Source: Candidatus Woesearchaeota archaeon (lineage in GTDB: Archaea > Nanobdellota > Nanobdellia > Pacearchaeales > GW2011-AR1). Taken from it: a DNA stretch of 54,950 nt. A model generated the notes under the pieces. It saw nothing but the letters and a program-made list of their open reading frames with translations. It searched no databases and had not been told where the DNA came from. Position 1 is the first letter of the stretch, and the number at the start of each line of letters is the position of its first letter. Shown piece after piece: positions 1 through 8,277 of the stretch. The stretch covers positions 1 to 54,950 of the forward strand of contig CAZBPV010000001.1 of the NCBI GenBank assembly GCA_964493885.1, written 5' to 3'. Position numbers and translations under genes: made by a program.

Positions 1-112
1 TCAAACGAGAACTAATTTTCGGTTTTGCCTAGGACATATGTCCCTTGGACATACAGAATAATCTAAAGAATAAGCTTTTTAAACCAACTTTTATTATACT
101 TTTCAAGGTAAA

Positions 113-718
113 ATGTTCTTTTTAACTGAAGTTGAGGATTATGTAAGAGTAGAACCAAAATTATTTGGATTGCCTACTGCTGAAGCTGTTGAAAAACAGC
201 TCAAAGAAACCTATAGCAATTACTATGATAAGGAAATAGGAAAGATTGTTTCTGTTGTTAAAATACTTGATATTGGAGAAGGAGTAATTATTCCTGGCGA
301 CGGAGCAGCATACCACAATTCAAAATTTAGGCTTCTTGCATGGAAACCAGAACTTCAAGAACTTGCTTTTGGAACAATAGCAGAAATTACAACTTTCGGA
401 GCTTTTATTGATTTAGGAGTTATGAGGGGAATGATTCACATTAGTCAGACAATGGATGATTATGTGAGTTTTTCAAAATCAAATACTCTTACTGGAAAAA
501 ATTCAAAAAGAAGTTTAAAATCTGGAGATTTATGCCTTGCTAGAGTTGTTGCAGTAAGTCATAAAGGTGATGAGCCAAAAATTGGATTAACTATGAGACA
601 GCCTGGATTAGGAAAATTAGAATGGATTAAAGAAGATCAGATTAAACGACAAAAAGCAGAAGCAAAGGTATTAAAATCAGAAGAAAAGGCCTCTAAGGGA
701 GGAAAAAAGAAAAAATAA
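113..718 (+). CDS. rpoE: DNA-directed RNA polymerase subunit E' (Rpo7) with S1 domain
   Basis: 201-aa ORF. S1/OB-like segment GTIAEITTFGAFIDLG...GMIHISQ. Heads the conserved archaeal rpoE'-spt4-rps24e-rps27ae order. Confidence 0.85.
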   Translation: MFFLTEVEDYVRVEPKLFGLPTAEAVEKQLKETYSNYYDKEIGKIVSVVKILDIGEGVIIPGDGAAYHNSKFRLLAWKPELQELAFGTIAEITTFGAFIDLGVMRGMIHISQTMDDYVSFSKSNTLTGKNSKRSLKSGDLCLARVVAVSHKGDEPKIGLTMRQPGLGKLEWIKEDQIKRQKAEAKVLKSEEKASKGGKKKK

Positions 719-719
719 A

Positions 720-911
720 ATGGCTAAAGTTAAGGCATGTAAAATTTGTGGAAATGTTGTTGAAACTGGGGATAAATGTCCTAAATGTGATTCTAAAGAA
801 TTAACAGAAAGTTTTAAGGGAAGAGTAATTATTTTAAATCCAGAAAAATCTGAGATAGCTCAGAAATTAAATAAAAAAGAAAAAGGAAACTTTGCAATTA
901 AAACTAGATAA
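720..911 (+). CDS. spt4: Transcription elongation factor Spt4 / RpoE''
   Basis: 63 aa with zinc ribbon CKIC...CPKC. Starts 2 nt after the rpoE' stop, the typical position. Confidence 0.8.
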   Translation: MAKVKACKICGNVVETGDKCPKCDSKELTESFKGRVIILNPEKSEIAQKLNKKEKGNFAIKTR

Positions 912-912
912 A

Positions 913-1242
913 ATGGAAATACTAAAAGAAGAACAAAATCCTTTATTTGATAGGAAAGAAGTTTACGGGAAATTGCTTTCAAAAGCATCTCCAGTAAAAG
1001 GAGAAATTGCAAAAATGCTTTCTGATAAATACTCTGTTCCTGCAGATGCAATTAGAGTCTTGACTATTAAAGGAAAGTTTGGAACAAATGAATTTTGGAT
1101 AAAAGCTCATGTTTATAAAAGTTTAGAAGAAAAAAATAAAACAGAAAGATTAACTAAAAAAGAAATTGAATCTGAAAGTAAATCTGCAATAAAAGAAGAG
1201 CCAAAACAGGTTCCAGCTCCAGCACCCGAGGTAACAGCATAA
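913..1242 (+). CDS. rps24e: 30S ribosomal protein S24e (eS24)
   Basis: The ORF opens at 892, but the ATG at 913 gives MEILKEEQNPLFDRKEV...GKFGTNEFWIKAHVY, which is S24e-like. Operon context supports it. Confidence 0.85.
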   Translation: MEILKEEQNPLFDRKEVYGKLLSKASPVKGEIAKMLSDKYSVPADAIRVLTIKGKFGTNEFWIKAHVYKSLEEKNKTERLTKKEIESESKSAIKEEPKQVPAPAPEVTA

Positions 1243-1478
1243 TGGCAAAGGGAGAAAAAAAAGGGAAAAAAACCAAAAAGAATAAAAAGACTAGCAAGAA
1301 ATACTTAAAATATAAGATTGATGGAGATAAAATAACACGAGAGAGATTCTGCCCAAGATGCGGACCCGGGATATTTTTAATGAATGCCAAGAACAGAAAA
1401 TACTGTGGAAAGTGCCATTATTCTGAGTTTGAAGTTAAAAAAGAAGTTGCTGAAAAATCAGAACCTAAAAAAGAGTAA
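1242..1478 (+). CDS. rps27ae: 30S ribosomal protein S27ae (eS31)
   Basis: 78 aa with a Lys-rich N-terminus and zinc ribbon CPRCG...CGKC. ATG overlaps the rps24e stop (TAATG). Confidence 0.85.
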   Translation: MAKGEKKGKKTKKNKKTSKKYLKYKIDGDKITRERFCPRCGPGIFLMNAKNRKYCGKCHYSEFEVKKEVAEKSEPKKE

Positions 1479-1558
1479 GTTCTAATATTGATTATGATTG
1501 GGCAATGTCTAAACATTAATAAGCCCACACATTTTAATTAATTTTCTTAATTATGAAA

Positions 1559-1612
1559 CCCTGGGATAGATGTTCTAGGTATCAAAAAGAGTCCTAAAAC
1601 CTCTATCCTGGG
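1559..1612 (+). other. Long imperfect hairpin in intergenic spacer (possible sRNA or processing element)
   Basis: CCTGGGATAGATGTTCTAGG-13 nt-CCTAAAACCTCTATCCTGGG. About 20 stacked positions with 2 mismatches and 2 G-U pairs. Confidence 0.3.
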
Positions 1613-1793
1613 TAAAAAGAGGTGATATATTATCTAACATTGCTTTCTATTTAAACCTTTCGGTTATGTTACCTCTCAATAATGACAAGAGTTATTATTT
1701 CCAAAGTGACAATCAAGGTTTTTAAACAAAATCTTTTCAAATGTAGTTACTAAGGTTAAATATTTTTATAAAACCCCTTTTCCTAGATTACAT

Positions 1794-2678
1794 ATGGAAG
1801 AAATTAAAACTTCAGTCAAACAGGAACAGATTCATGACTTATTATTTAGTCGTGAAATTGGCTGGCAGGAAATTATTTATGATTTAATCAATACTGAGCA
1901 ATTAAATCCTTGGGATATTGATATAACAATACTTACTGAAGGTTATCTTAAAAAAATAAGCGAGCTTGAAGAAGCTGATTTCTTTGTCTCAAGCAAGGTT
2001 CTTTTAGCAGCCTCTTTTCTTTTAAGAATTAAATCTGAGATCTTATTAAATAAGTATATAAAAAGCATCGATGAAATACTTTTTGGAAAAAAGGAAAGCA
2101 CATATCATAAACTTGAAAGAATTGAATTAGATGAAGAATTACCAGAACTTATTCCTCGTTCTCCAATCCCAAGATTCAAGAAAGTAACTCTTCAGGAACT
2201 TATCTCTGCTCTGAATCAGGCAATCCATACAGAGAATAGAAGAATAAAAAAAGAGATAATAAATAGAAATGCTTTAAGAGAATCTGAAATATCCTTACCA
2301 AAAAGAAGATTTAGTATAAAAGACAAAATAAAACAGCTTTATACTAAACTTGTTCTCCACTTTAATGATAATAAGGAAAGCACAAAAATAACTTATTCAG
2401 AATTTATAGGAACAGATAGAGAAAATAGAATCCTCTCTTTTGCACCTCTACTCCATCTAGACAATCAAAAAAAAGTCTGGCTTGCTCAAACCAATCATTT
2501 TGATGAAATAGATATCTGGCTTAAGCATATCTTCTTAAAACATAATTCAGACCCAATAGAAGAGCTTAGAAAAGAACTTGAAGCAGAACTTAGGGAATTA
2601 GACAGCAAAAAAAGAAAAAGAATACAAAAAATCAATAAGGATTTTGAAAACCCTCTGGGAGAGGAATTAAATAATTAA
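1794..2678 (+). CDS. scpA: Segregation and condensation protein A (ScpA, kleisin)
   Basis: N-terminus LNPWDIDITILTEGYLKKI...ADFFVSSKVLLAASFLLRIKSE matches the ScpA signature as I recall it. Confidence 0.7.
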   Translation: MEEIKTSVKQEQIHDLLFSREIGWQEIIYDLINTEQLNPWDIDITILTEGYLKKISELEEADFFVSSKVLLAASFLLRIKSEILLNKYIKSIDEILFGKKESTYHKLERIELDEELPELIPRSPIPRFKKVTLQELISALNQAIHTENRRIKKEIINRNALRESEISLPKRRFSIKDKIKQLYTKLVLHFNDNKESTKITYSEFIGTDRENRILSFAPLLHLDNQKKVWLAQTNHFDEIDIWLKHIFLKHNSDPIEELRKELEAELRELDSKKRKRIQKINKDFENPLGEELNN

Positions 2679-2722
2679 TCTAAAACAATAATACTTTTAA
2701 ACCTAGATTATCTGTTTTTTTT

Positions 2723-3121
2723 ATGGCTGACAAGCAATATAAATTTGAAGGTTCAGGAAAAACTACAAGAGAAGCAGATAACACTCTAAAAGATAGTAAA
2801 AAAGATTTGGTTGCTAAACTTAAAAAAGCTGATGCAAGCCTTGAATTGCAGGCTACAAAAACAGATTACCATGCAAGATATTCCTCTAAAAAAGAAGGTT
2901 CTGAATTAGAAGAGTTTTCAGTCCGGGCTTCTGAAGGTTGGGTAGAACTTGAAACAAAAGCAAAAACTCACGCAGATTTAAGGGATTATACTCCAAGGTA
3001 TACTGTTACAGAATTTGTTGAATTAACAGATGAGCAGCAAAAAGCTTTGACAAAAAAACCAACAACTGCATATTCCCCTAGGGCAAAAAGATTAGAAGAA
3101 TTAGATGCTTTAAGAGATTAA
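2723..3121 (+). CDS. Hypothetical protein
   Basis: 132-aa ORF, charged and non-repetitive. No motif recognised. Confidence 0.4.
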   Translation: MADKQYKFEGSGKTTREADNTLKDSKKDLVAKLKKADASLELQATKTDYHARYSSKKEGSELEEFSVRASEGWVELETKAKTHADLRDYTPRYTVTEFVELTDEQQKALTKKPTTAYSPRAKRLEELDALRD

Positions 3122-3142
3122 TTCTTAGGTGTATTTTTTATA

Positions 3143-4762
3143 ATGGAACACTTTCCAGAACAATCAGTTAAATTAGCAAGAGAAATAGCAGGCAAATATA
3201 GAAAAAGAACAAGTTCTAAATCAATGCTTGCAGCTTACATTTATAATAACAATTTCTTGCATATTGGATACGGCTTTAGCGAGTCTATAAAAAAAGGCAA
3301 TTGCGGAAGATTTCTTCATGAAATAGACAAAGAAACTGATTGCTTTACAATGGCAGGAGTTTTATATCTTGTTGCAAAAGAAGCAGGACTTAAACCAGAA
3401 CTTTATTATGTGCAGGGAATGAGAGATACTGTTGAAGGAGATAACAGAGAAGAAAGAGGAAGAAATGATCATTCTTTTATTACTGTTAGAACTGGAAAAA
3501 ATGAGCAAGTAGTAATAGATCCATTTATGGAATTATTTGGAGATGTGAAATTTAATAAAAAAAATAACAAGATGAAGGTTTATTTTAAATCTGAGAGGCA
3601 GGTAACAGAAAGGGATTACCAATTAATGATGAAACTATCTGAACAAGAGTATGTTAAAAGATTGCAAAAACAAAGAACTCCTGAAGGAGGAAGAATTGCC
3701 TTGTCTGCTACACAAAGATTATCAAGTTCTTTTGATAATAATGTATATTTGACTTTTTTGTCTGAAGAATCATCTCTTAAATCTTCCCTGCATTTTACTC
3801 CTTCTTTATTTCATCCAGATCCATATAATCAGGCCATAATGTTTGATTTAGTAACAAGAGTCAATAAAGACGGAACTTTTTCTTTTGATGATGGAACTTT
3901 TTTAAATTATAATGCTGAAGCATCAGGATGGACTCAGCATACTAATCCTCAGATTCCTTTTTCTTTTAGTGTAAGGGATGCTCAAAAAATGTTTAAAATA
4001 TTTGATGAATTCATGAGATTAAAAGGGAGAAAATCCCCAATTTCAAGAATGTTTTCATTTAAATTAGCTCATGCTCTTTATTCTGGAGGATTTTATGATG
4101 ATTTTACTACACTTCCAAATACTCTTGCAAGAAAAGTAGTTGCTGGTTCTAAAGATTGGAAAGATATTCTTGGATGGCAAGAACAAATATCACAAAATTT
4201 TGCAAAAAAAGCAAGAGAAGATGAAAGAACTTATAAGACTCTTTTAAGAGAAGCTCATAGAACAAAAAAAGTAGATAAAGCATATTCAAGAAAAAATCCT
4301 CTCGCACTAACTTCAACAGAACATCAAAGAATTAAATTAATAGAAGAAGGATTTGAAAAATACTCTTCTGTATTAAGGGGTGCTGTAGAAACAATAATCC
4401 AAGGGAGAGCAATAGCTTCTGGAATAAAAAAAGGAAGTAAATATCATGCAGAAAGAAAAACCTCTCAAGCTTTAGTAAGAAAAGGTTTGGAAGTTAAGTA
4501 TTTTGAGCAAATGGCTCAGTTTAATGGCTCTTCTTTTCCGTTTGCTTTTCACATAGTTGCAGATAAATCATTGGATTTTAAACAATTTGATTTGCAAAAA
4601 ATGTCTGTTCCAGAATTAAGACAAGGATTAACTCAAAAAGATATTCAGAGAGCTGCCCAAAGATTTTTCTTTTTAAGCATTCTTAATTCATGGCATCTAA
4701 AAGATGCATTATTTTTAAAGCAATATAAACGAGGCTTGGAAAAGATTCTTGATTCCAGATAG
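3143..4762 (+). CDS. Hypothetical protein with N-terminal transglutaminase-like Cys-His-Asp core
   Basis: DCFTMAGVLYLVAKEAGL...NDHSFITV...VVIDPF gives spacing like the transglutaminase/cysteine-protease fold. The rest is unknown. Confidence 0.45.
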   Translation: MEHFPEQSVKLAREIAGKYRKRTSSKSMLAAYIYNNNFLHIGYGFSESIKKGNCGRFLHEIDKETDCFTMAGVLYLVAKEAGLKPELYYVQGMRDTVEGDNREERGRNDHSFITVRTGKNEQVVIDPFMELFGDVKFNKKNNKMKVYFKSERQVTERDYQLMMKLSEQEYVKRLQKQRTPEGGRIALSATQRLSSSFDNNVYLTFLSEESSLKSSLHFTPSLFHPDPYNQAIMFDLVTRVNKDGTFSFDDGTFLNYNAEASGWTQHTNPQIPFSFSVRDAQKMFKIFDEFMRLKGRKSPISRMFSFKLAHALYSGGFYDDFTTLPNTLARKVVAGSKDWKDILGWQEQISQNFAKKAREDERTYKTLLREAHRTKKVDKAYSRKNPLALTSTEHQRIKLIEEGFEKYSSVLRGAVETIIQGRAIASGIKKGSKYHAERKTSQALVRKGLEVKYFEQMAQFNGSSFPFAFHIVADKSLDFKQFDLQKMSVPELRQGLTQKDIQRAAQRFFFLSILNSWHLKDALFLKQYKRGLEKILDSR

Positions 4763-4792
4763 CCTTAAAAACCTATTTTTTATATTTTAATT

Positions 4793-5461
4793 ATGCGTTG
4801 CGGAGTATTATTTTCAGGTGGAAAAGATTCTTGCTATTCAGCATATCTTGCTAAGAATCACGGGAATGAACTAGCTTGCTTAATAACTCTGATTTCTGAA
4901 AACCCTGAATCTTATATGTTTCATACCCCTTCAATCTCTAAAACATCTAAACAAGCAAAAGCAATGAATATTCCTTTATTAATTCATAAGACTAAGGGTG
5001 AAAAAGAAAAAGAACTAAAAGATTTGCAAGATGCAATTAAAATTGCAAAAGATAAATACAAGATTGAGGCAATTGTAACTGGCGCTCTTCACTCTGTTTA
5101 TCAAGCTTCAAGAATACAAAAAATCTGTGATACTCTTGGATTGCAGTGCATCAATCCATTATGGCATAAAGACGAAGTTGCTTATCTTCAGGAATTAATA
5201 GATGATAGATTCAAGGTTATGATAATTGGAGTTTTTGCTTATCCTCTAGATAAATCCTGGCTTGGAAGAATTATAGATACTAAATTTATTGATGATGTTA
5301 AAAAATTAAAAGAAAAATACAAGATTCATGTTGCCGGAGAAGGCGGAGAATTTGAAACTTTTGTTCTGGACTGCCCTCTTTTTAATAAACCCCTTAATCT
5401 TATTAATAAAATAATATCAGGAGAAAAAAATTCCTGGAAAATGGAGATAGAAGTTGAATAA
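4793..5461 (+). CDS. Diphthine-ammonia ligase-like PP-loop ATPase (Dph6/MJ0570 family)
   Basis: PP-loop LFSGGKDS at the N-terminus and C-terminal GEGGEFETFVLDCPLF. Confidence 0.75.
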   Translation: MRCGVLFSGGKDSCYSAYLAKNHGNELACLITLISENPESYMFHTPSISKTSKQAKAMNIPLLIHKTKGEKEKELKDLQDAIKIAKDKYKIEAIVTGALHSVYQASRIQKICDTLGLQCINPLWHKDEVAYLQELIDDRFKVMIIGVFAYPLDKSWLGRIIDTKFIDDVKKLKEKYKIHVAGEGGEFETFVLDCPLFNKPLNLINKIISGEKNSWKMEIEVE

Positions 5462-6210
5462 TGGAAACAGATGAGATACCAAACCTTGAATTAGGACAGC
5501 ATTTTTTAATAGATGAGAGAATACTAGACAAAGAGATAGATGCAGCAAATATTTCTGAAACTGACAAGATAATTGAAATAGGGGCTGGAAAAGGAGAATT
5601 AACAAATCTTTTAGTTAAAAATTCTAAAATTGTTCTTGCTTTTGAAAAAGATTCTTCATTAAAAAGATATCTAGATAAACTTAAGCATAAAAATTTAACA
5701 ATTGTTTATGATGATGCTATGAAATATGATTGGAGAAATTACAATAAAATTGTCTCTAATATCCCGTATTTTTTATCTGGGGATTTAATGCTAAAGGCAA
5801 TAAAAGATAATATACAAGACATTATTATAATTGTTGGAGAAGAGTTTAAAGATAAATTAATTAATAAAAGTGGAAAAATAGGATTTATTGCAAATCTTTT
5901 TTATAATATTATCCCTGTTCTTGAAGTTGATAAAAATAGTTTCTTTCCTATACCAAGAGTTAATTCCTGGCTTATCACACTTCATAAAAAGCAATTAAAT
6001 GATTCTGAAAAATTCCTAATTAATGTAATTAACAGAGAGGGTAAAATAAAAAATTCTATTTTATATGCCTTAGTTAATATAGGAAAAACAAAAAAGCAAG
6101 CAAAAGCAATGATAGACTCAATGGAACTAAGCCAGCAAGTTCTTGAAAAGCCAACAAGCAAATTAACTGAAGCACTTCTTATTAAAATAAAAGAATCATT
6201 AAATCTTTAA
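5461..6210 (+). CDS. rsmA: 16S rRNA (adenine-N6,N6)-dimethyltransferase KsgA/Dim1
   Basis: LGQHFLID, SAM motif IIEIGAGKGELT, and NIPY motif. Confidence 0.8.
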   Translation: METDEIPNLELGQHFLIDERILDKEIDAANISETDKIIEIGAGKGELTNLLVKNSKIVLAFEKDSSLKRYLDKLKHKNLTIVYDDAMKYDWRNYNKIVSNIPYFLSGDLMLKAIKDNIQDIIIIVGEEFKDKLINKSGKIGFIANLFYNIIPVLEVDKNSFFPIPRVNSWLITLHKKQLNDSEKFLINVINREGKIKNSILYALVNIGKTKKQAKAMIDSMELSQQVLEKPTSKLTEALLIKIKESLNL

Positions 6211-7335
6211 TATTTTTTCTTTACCAGTTTTCATATTCTTAACCTTAAATTCTTTTTTCTTAACCTCTCTCTCACCCACAAAAATTACTTTGTTAATTTT
6301 ATATGAATTTGCATACTCCAGAGCTTTTGAAGGTTTGCCATAGAATAATGTTACTATCTCTCCTTTTTCCCTTAAGATTTGAGCAATCTCTATTGCTTTT
6401 CTATCTTGCTCAAGTGAGATAATAAGATAACCTTCTTTTTTATCGTCGATTTTTGTGATACTTGATATTCTCTCTAATCCAAAAGAAATTCCTGTTGATT
6501 GCAAATTTTCAATCTTGTAGCTTCCTCCAGCAACAATTGTTTCTTTTATTCCTCCAGCCCTTATTTCGAAAACACTTCCATTATAGTAGCTCAATCCTCT
6601 AACAATGCTCGGAGAAAAGATAGCTTTTAATCCATAAATCTTGCAGTATTCCATAAGGCTAATTATTTCCTTATATGATTCAAATTGACTGAAGAATTTT
6701 TCTCCTTTTTTTAATAAGCTTATTACATTCTCTGCCTTATACTTCTTTAAATTATTTCTAACATCTTTTTCTGGAAGCTTATCATACTTATCTATTTCTT
6801 TTAAAACTGATTCTTTGTCTTTTTCTTTTATTCCCTCGCTATCAAGAATTTCATTAAGCAATTTTCTGTTGTTAATAAGAATTATTGGATTAATCCCTGC
6901 TTTTTTTAGAACTTCATTTGCAAGCGCCAGAATTTCTGCTTCATCTTTTACACTGCTTCCAACTATATCTGCATCACACTGAACAAATTGCCTGAATCTG
7001 TTTGAAGAAACTGGCTCATCTCTGAAAACCTCTCCTATTTGATATCTTTTAAATGGAAGTTTTTGATTTTTTGCAATTCTCTTTAATTGAAATGTAAATT
7101 CATATCTCAGTGCAAGCTCCCTCTTTCCTTTGTCTTTTAATTTGAATATATCTGAAACAGCCTCATCTCTTTCATTGCCTCCCTTAACAAATTCTTCATA
7201 CTCAATAATTGGAGTCTCAACTGGCTTAAACCCGTATCTTTCAAGAGAATTAATTATAATTTTCTTTAATTCTGCTCTTTTTTCAGCTTCTTCTCCAACA
7301 TAATCTTTGAATCCTTTGACGTTTTCAGTTTTCAT
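6199..7335 (-). CDS. hisS: Histidyl-tRNA synthetase
   Basis: GFKDY..., motif 2-like YQIGEVFRDEPVSSNRFRQFVQCDADIVG, and a C-terminal anticodon-binding-like alpha/beta segment. GGAGG lies 4 nt upstream of the ATG. Confidence 0.85.
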   Translation of the reverse strand: MKTENVKGFKDYVGEEAEKRAELKKIIINSLERYGFKPVETPIIEYEEFVKGGNERDEAVSDIFKLKDKGKRELALRYEFTFQLKRIAKNQKLPFKRYQIGEVFRDEPVSSNRFRQFVQCDADIVGSSVKDEAEILALANEVLKKAGINPIILINNRKLLNEILDSEGIKEKDKESVLKEIDKYDKLPEKDVRNNLKKYKAENVISLLKKGEKFFSQFESYKEIISLMEYCKIYGLKAIFSPSIVRGLSYYNGSVFEIRAGGIKETIVAGGSYKIENLQSTGISFGLERISSITKIDDKKEGYLIISLEQDRKAIEIAQILREKGEIVTLFYGKPSKALEYANSYKINKVIFVGEREVKKKEFKVKNMKTGKEKILKI

Positions 7336-7354
7336 TTTGCCTCCTTTGATTTCA

Positions 7355-7367
7355 GGGCGAAAGGAGA
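7355..7367 (-). repeat. Third copy of the tRNA-His 3' end (TCTCCTTTCGCCC)
   Basis: Identical to the last 13 nt of the tRNA-His gene. Lies 19 nt upstream of the hisS ATG. Confidence 0.8.
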
Positions 7368-7405
7368 CTGAAATTTTCTATTTCGTACTCCTTTCTTCTT
7401 TATCA

Positions 7406-7431
7406 GGGCGAAAGGAGAGAATTGAACTCTC
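7406..7431 (-). repeat. Second copy of the tRNA-His 3' end (T-arm plus 3' acceptor strand, 26 nt)
   Basis: GAGAGTTCAATTCTCTCCTTTCGCCC is identical to tRNA-His positions 49-73 plus one trailer C (7525-7500). Confidence 0.85.
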
Positions 7432-7499
7432 TTTGTCAAGTTTCTGTCCTTGATAAGTGCAGAGTTGATGTCTCCAAAACCACCCTGTGTTTTGTCGAG

Positions 7500-7571
7500 G
7501 GCGAAAGGAGAGAATTGAACTCTCGTCTGACGAGCCACAGTCGCCTGTTCTACCATTGAACTACATTCGCC
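7500..7571 (-). tRNA. tRNA-His (anticodon GTG) with encoded G-1
   Basis: Hand-folded cloverleaf: G-1 opposite C73; acceptor GCGAATG/CTTTCGC (one U-U at 6:67); D arm GTTC/GAAC; anticodon stem GGCGA/TCGTC; loop CTGTGGC; T arm GAGAG-TTCAATT-CTCTC. No encoded CCA. Confidence 0.9.
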
Positions 7572-7670
7572 ATAAGGGAACCAAGATTCCTGGACATTCA
7601 ATCTCCCTATGATTGAGCCAGTCTTGATCCCTATGTTTAATTTAATTGAATAAGGTATAAAAAAGTTCTT

Positions 7671-7684
7671 ATCAGCGTCTAGAG
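7671..7684 (+). repeat. Left flanking direct repeat ATCAGCGTCTAGAG
   Basis: Matches ATCAGCGTAGCTAGAG at 16041-16056 apart from a 2-nt indel. Lies immediately outside the left terminal inverted repeat. Confidence 0.7.
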
Positions 7685-7721
7685 GGCTTTGTTAAATAAA
7701 TAGTGCTTGTTAAATAAGTCT
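7684..7721 (+). repeat. Left terminal inverted repeat of the island (partly duplicated)
   Basis: GGGCTTTGTTAAATAA (7684-7699) and GCTTGTTAAATAAGTCT (7705-7721) both match the reverse complement of 16021-16040. Confidence 0.75.
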
Positions 7722-8064
7722 ATTCTTCTATTTTCATACCCAATTCATTCAATTTTTTTATTATTGCTCTACTTGCTTGAACTCTTTCTTTTCTTTGGTC
7801 GTAAAATGTTTTGGCAGAAAGGACTAAGATAATTAAGGATAAATCAATAAAAACAGAGACCATTAGCCAGTTTAACGTTTGTGCAAAAATTACAATAAAA
7901 ATAGCAAAAATTAAAGAGAAGCTAAAATATATCTTAGAATACATATTTTCTTTAAGAGTTCTTATTTCATCAGAAACGTACCTTAAACTTTGAATATTTA
8001 TATACTTGGCTTGAGCTAATGGGTCTTTTTCAAAATCTATTCTTTCATTATAGAATTTAACCAT
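7720..8064 (-). CDS. Small membrane protein (two predicted TM helices)
   Basis: 114 aa with hydrophobic stretches IYFSFSLIFAIFIVIFA and LMVSVFIDLSLIILVL. Confidence 0.45.
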   Translation of the reverse strand: MVKFYNERIDFEKDPLAQAKYINIQSLRYVSDEIRTLKENMYSKIYFSFSLIFAIFIVIFAQTLNWLMVSVFIDLSLIILVLSAKTFYDQRKERVQASRAIIKKLNELGMKIEE

Positions 8065-8069
8065 AAATA

Positions 8070-8096
8070 ATTATGGTACCGACATATTTATATAGT
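8070..8096 (+). promoter_or_regulatory. TATA-box promoter module, copy 1 of a 27-bp repeat
   Basis: ATTATGGTACCGACATATTTATATAGT, with TTTATATA at 8087-8094, 24 nt before the ATG at 8119 (leaderless geometry). Matches 10611-10637 at 26 of 27 positions. Confidence 0.55.
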
Positions 8097-8118
8097 TTAT
8101 TGTGATTGAGTTTTTATA

Positions 8119-8277
8119 ATGAAAATAATAAAAGTAATGTCAAAAAAGGTGAAGGATAAGGAATATTCAAAATATCTTCTTAATTTGCCTAAGGATGTAG
8201 TTGAAGAATCTAAACTTTTAGGAAAGGATTTGAAAGCTAAAGCAGAGAAAGATAAGATTATTATTGAGAAAGATTAA
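8119..8277 (+). CDS. AbrB/SpoVT-like small DNA-binding protein (52 aa, below the ORF-track cutoff)
   Basis: MKIIKVMSKKVKDKEYSKYLLNLPKDVVEESKLLGKDLKAKAEKDKIIIEKD. The LNLPKDVVE...DKIIIEK pattern resembles a swapped-hairpin AbrB/MazE fold. Confidence 0.5.
   Translation: MKIIKVMSKKVKDKEYSKYLLNLPKDVVEESKLLGKDLKAKAEKDKIIIEKD

Noticed and set aside
1553-1597. 14-codon ORF (MKPWDRCSRYQKES) overlapping the 5' arm of the hairpin
   Set aside because: It is too short, has no RBS or promoter, and is explained by the hairpin sequence.
7355-7431. Split or permuted tRNA-His halves of the Nanoarchaeum type
   Set aside because: A complete colinear tRNA-His gene is present at 7500-7571. The fragments are 3' portions only, with no matching 5' half or complementary leader.
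7332-7601. 89-aa ORF on the minus strand from the ORF track
   Set aside because: It reads straight through the tRNA-His gene and the two partial tRNA copies. Its repeated peptide (VQFSPFAL) is just the translated repeat.
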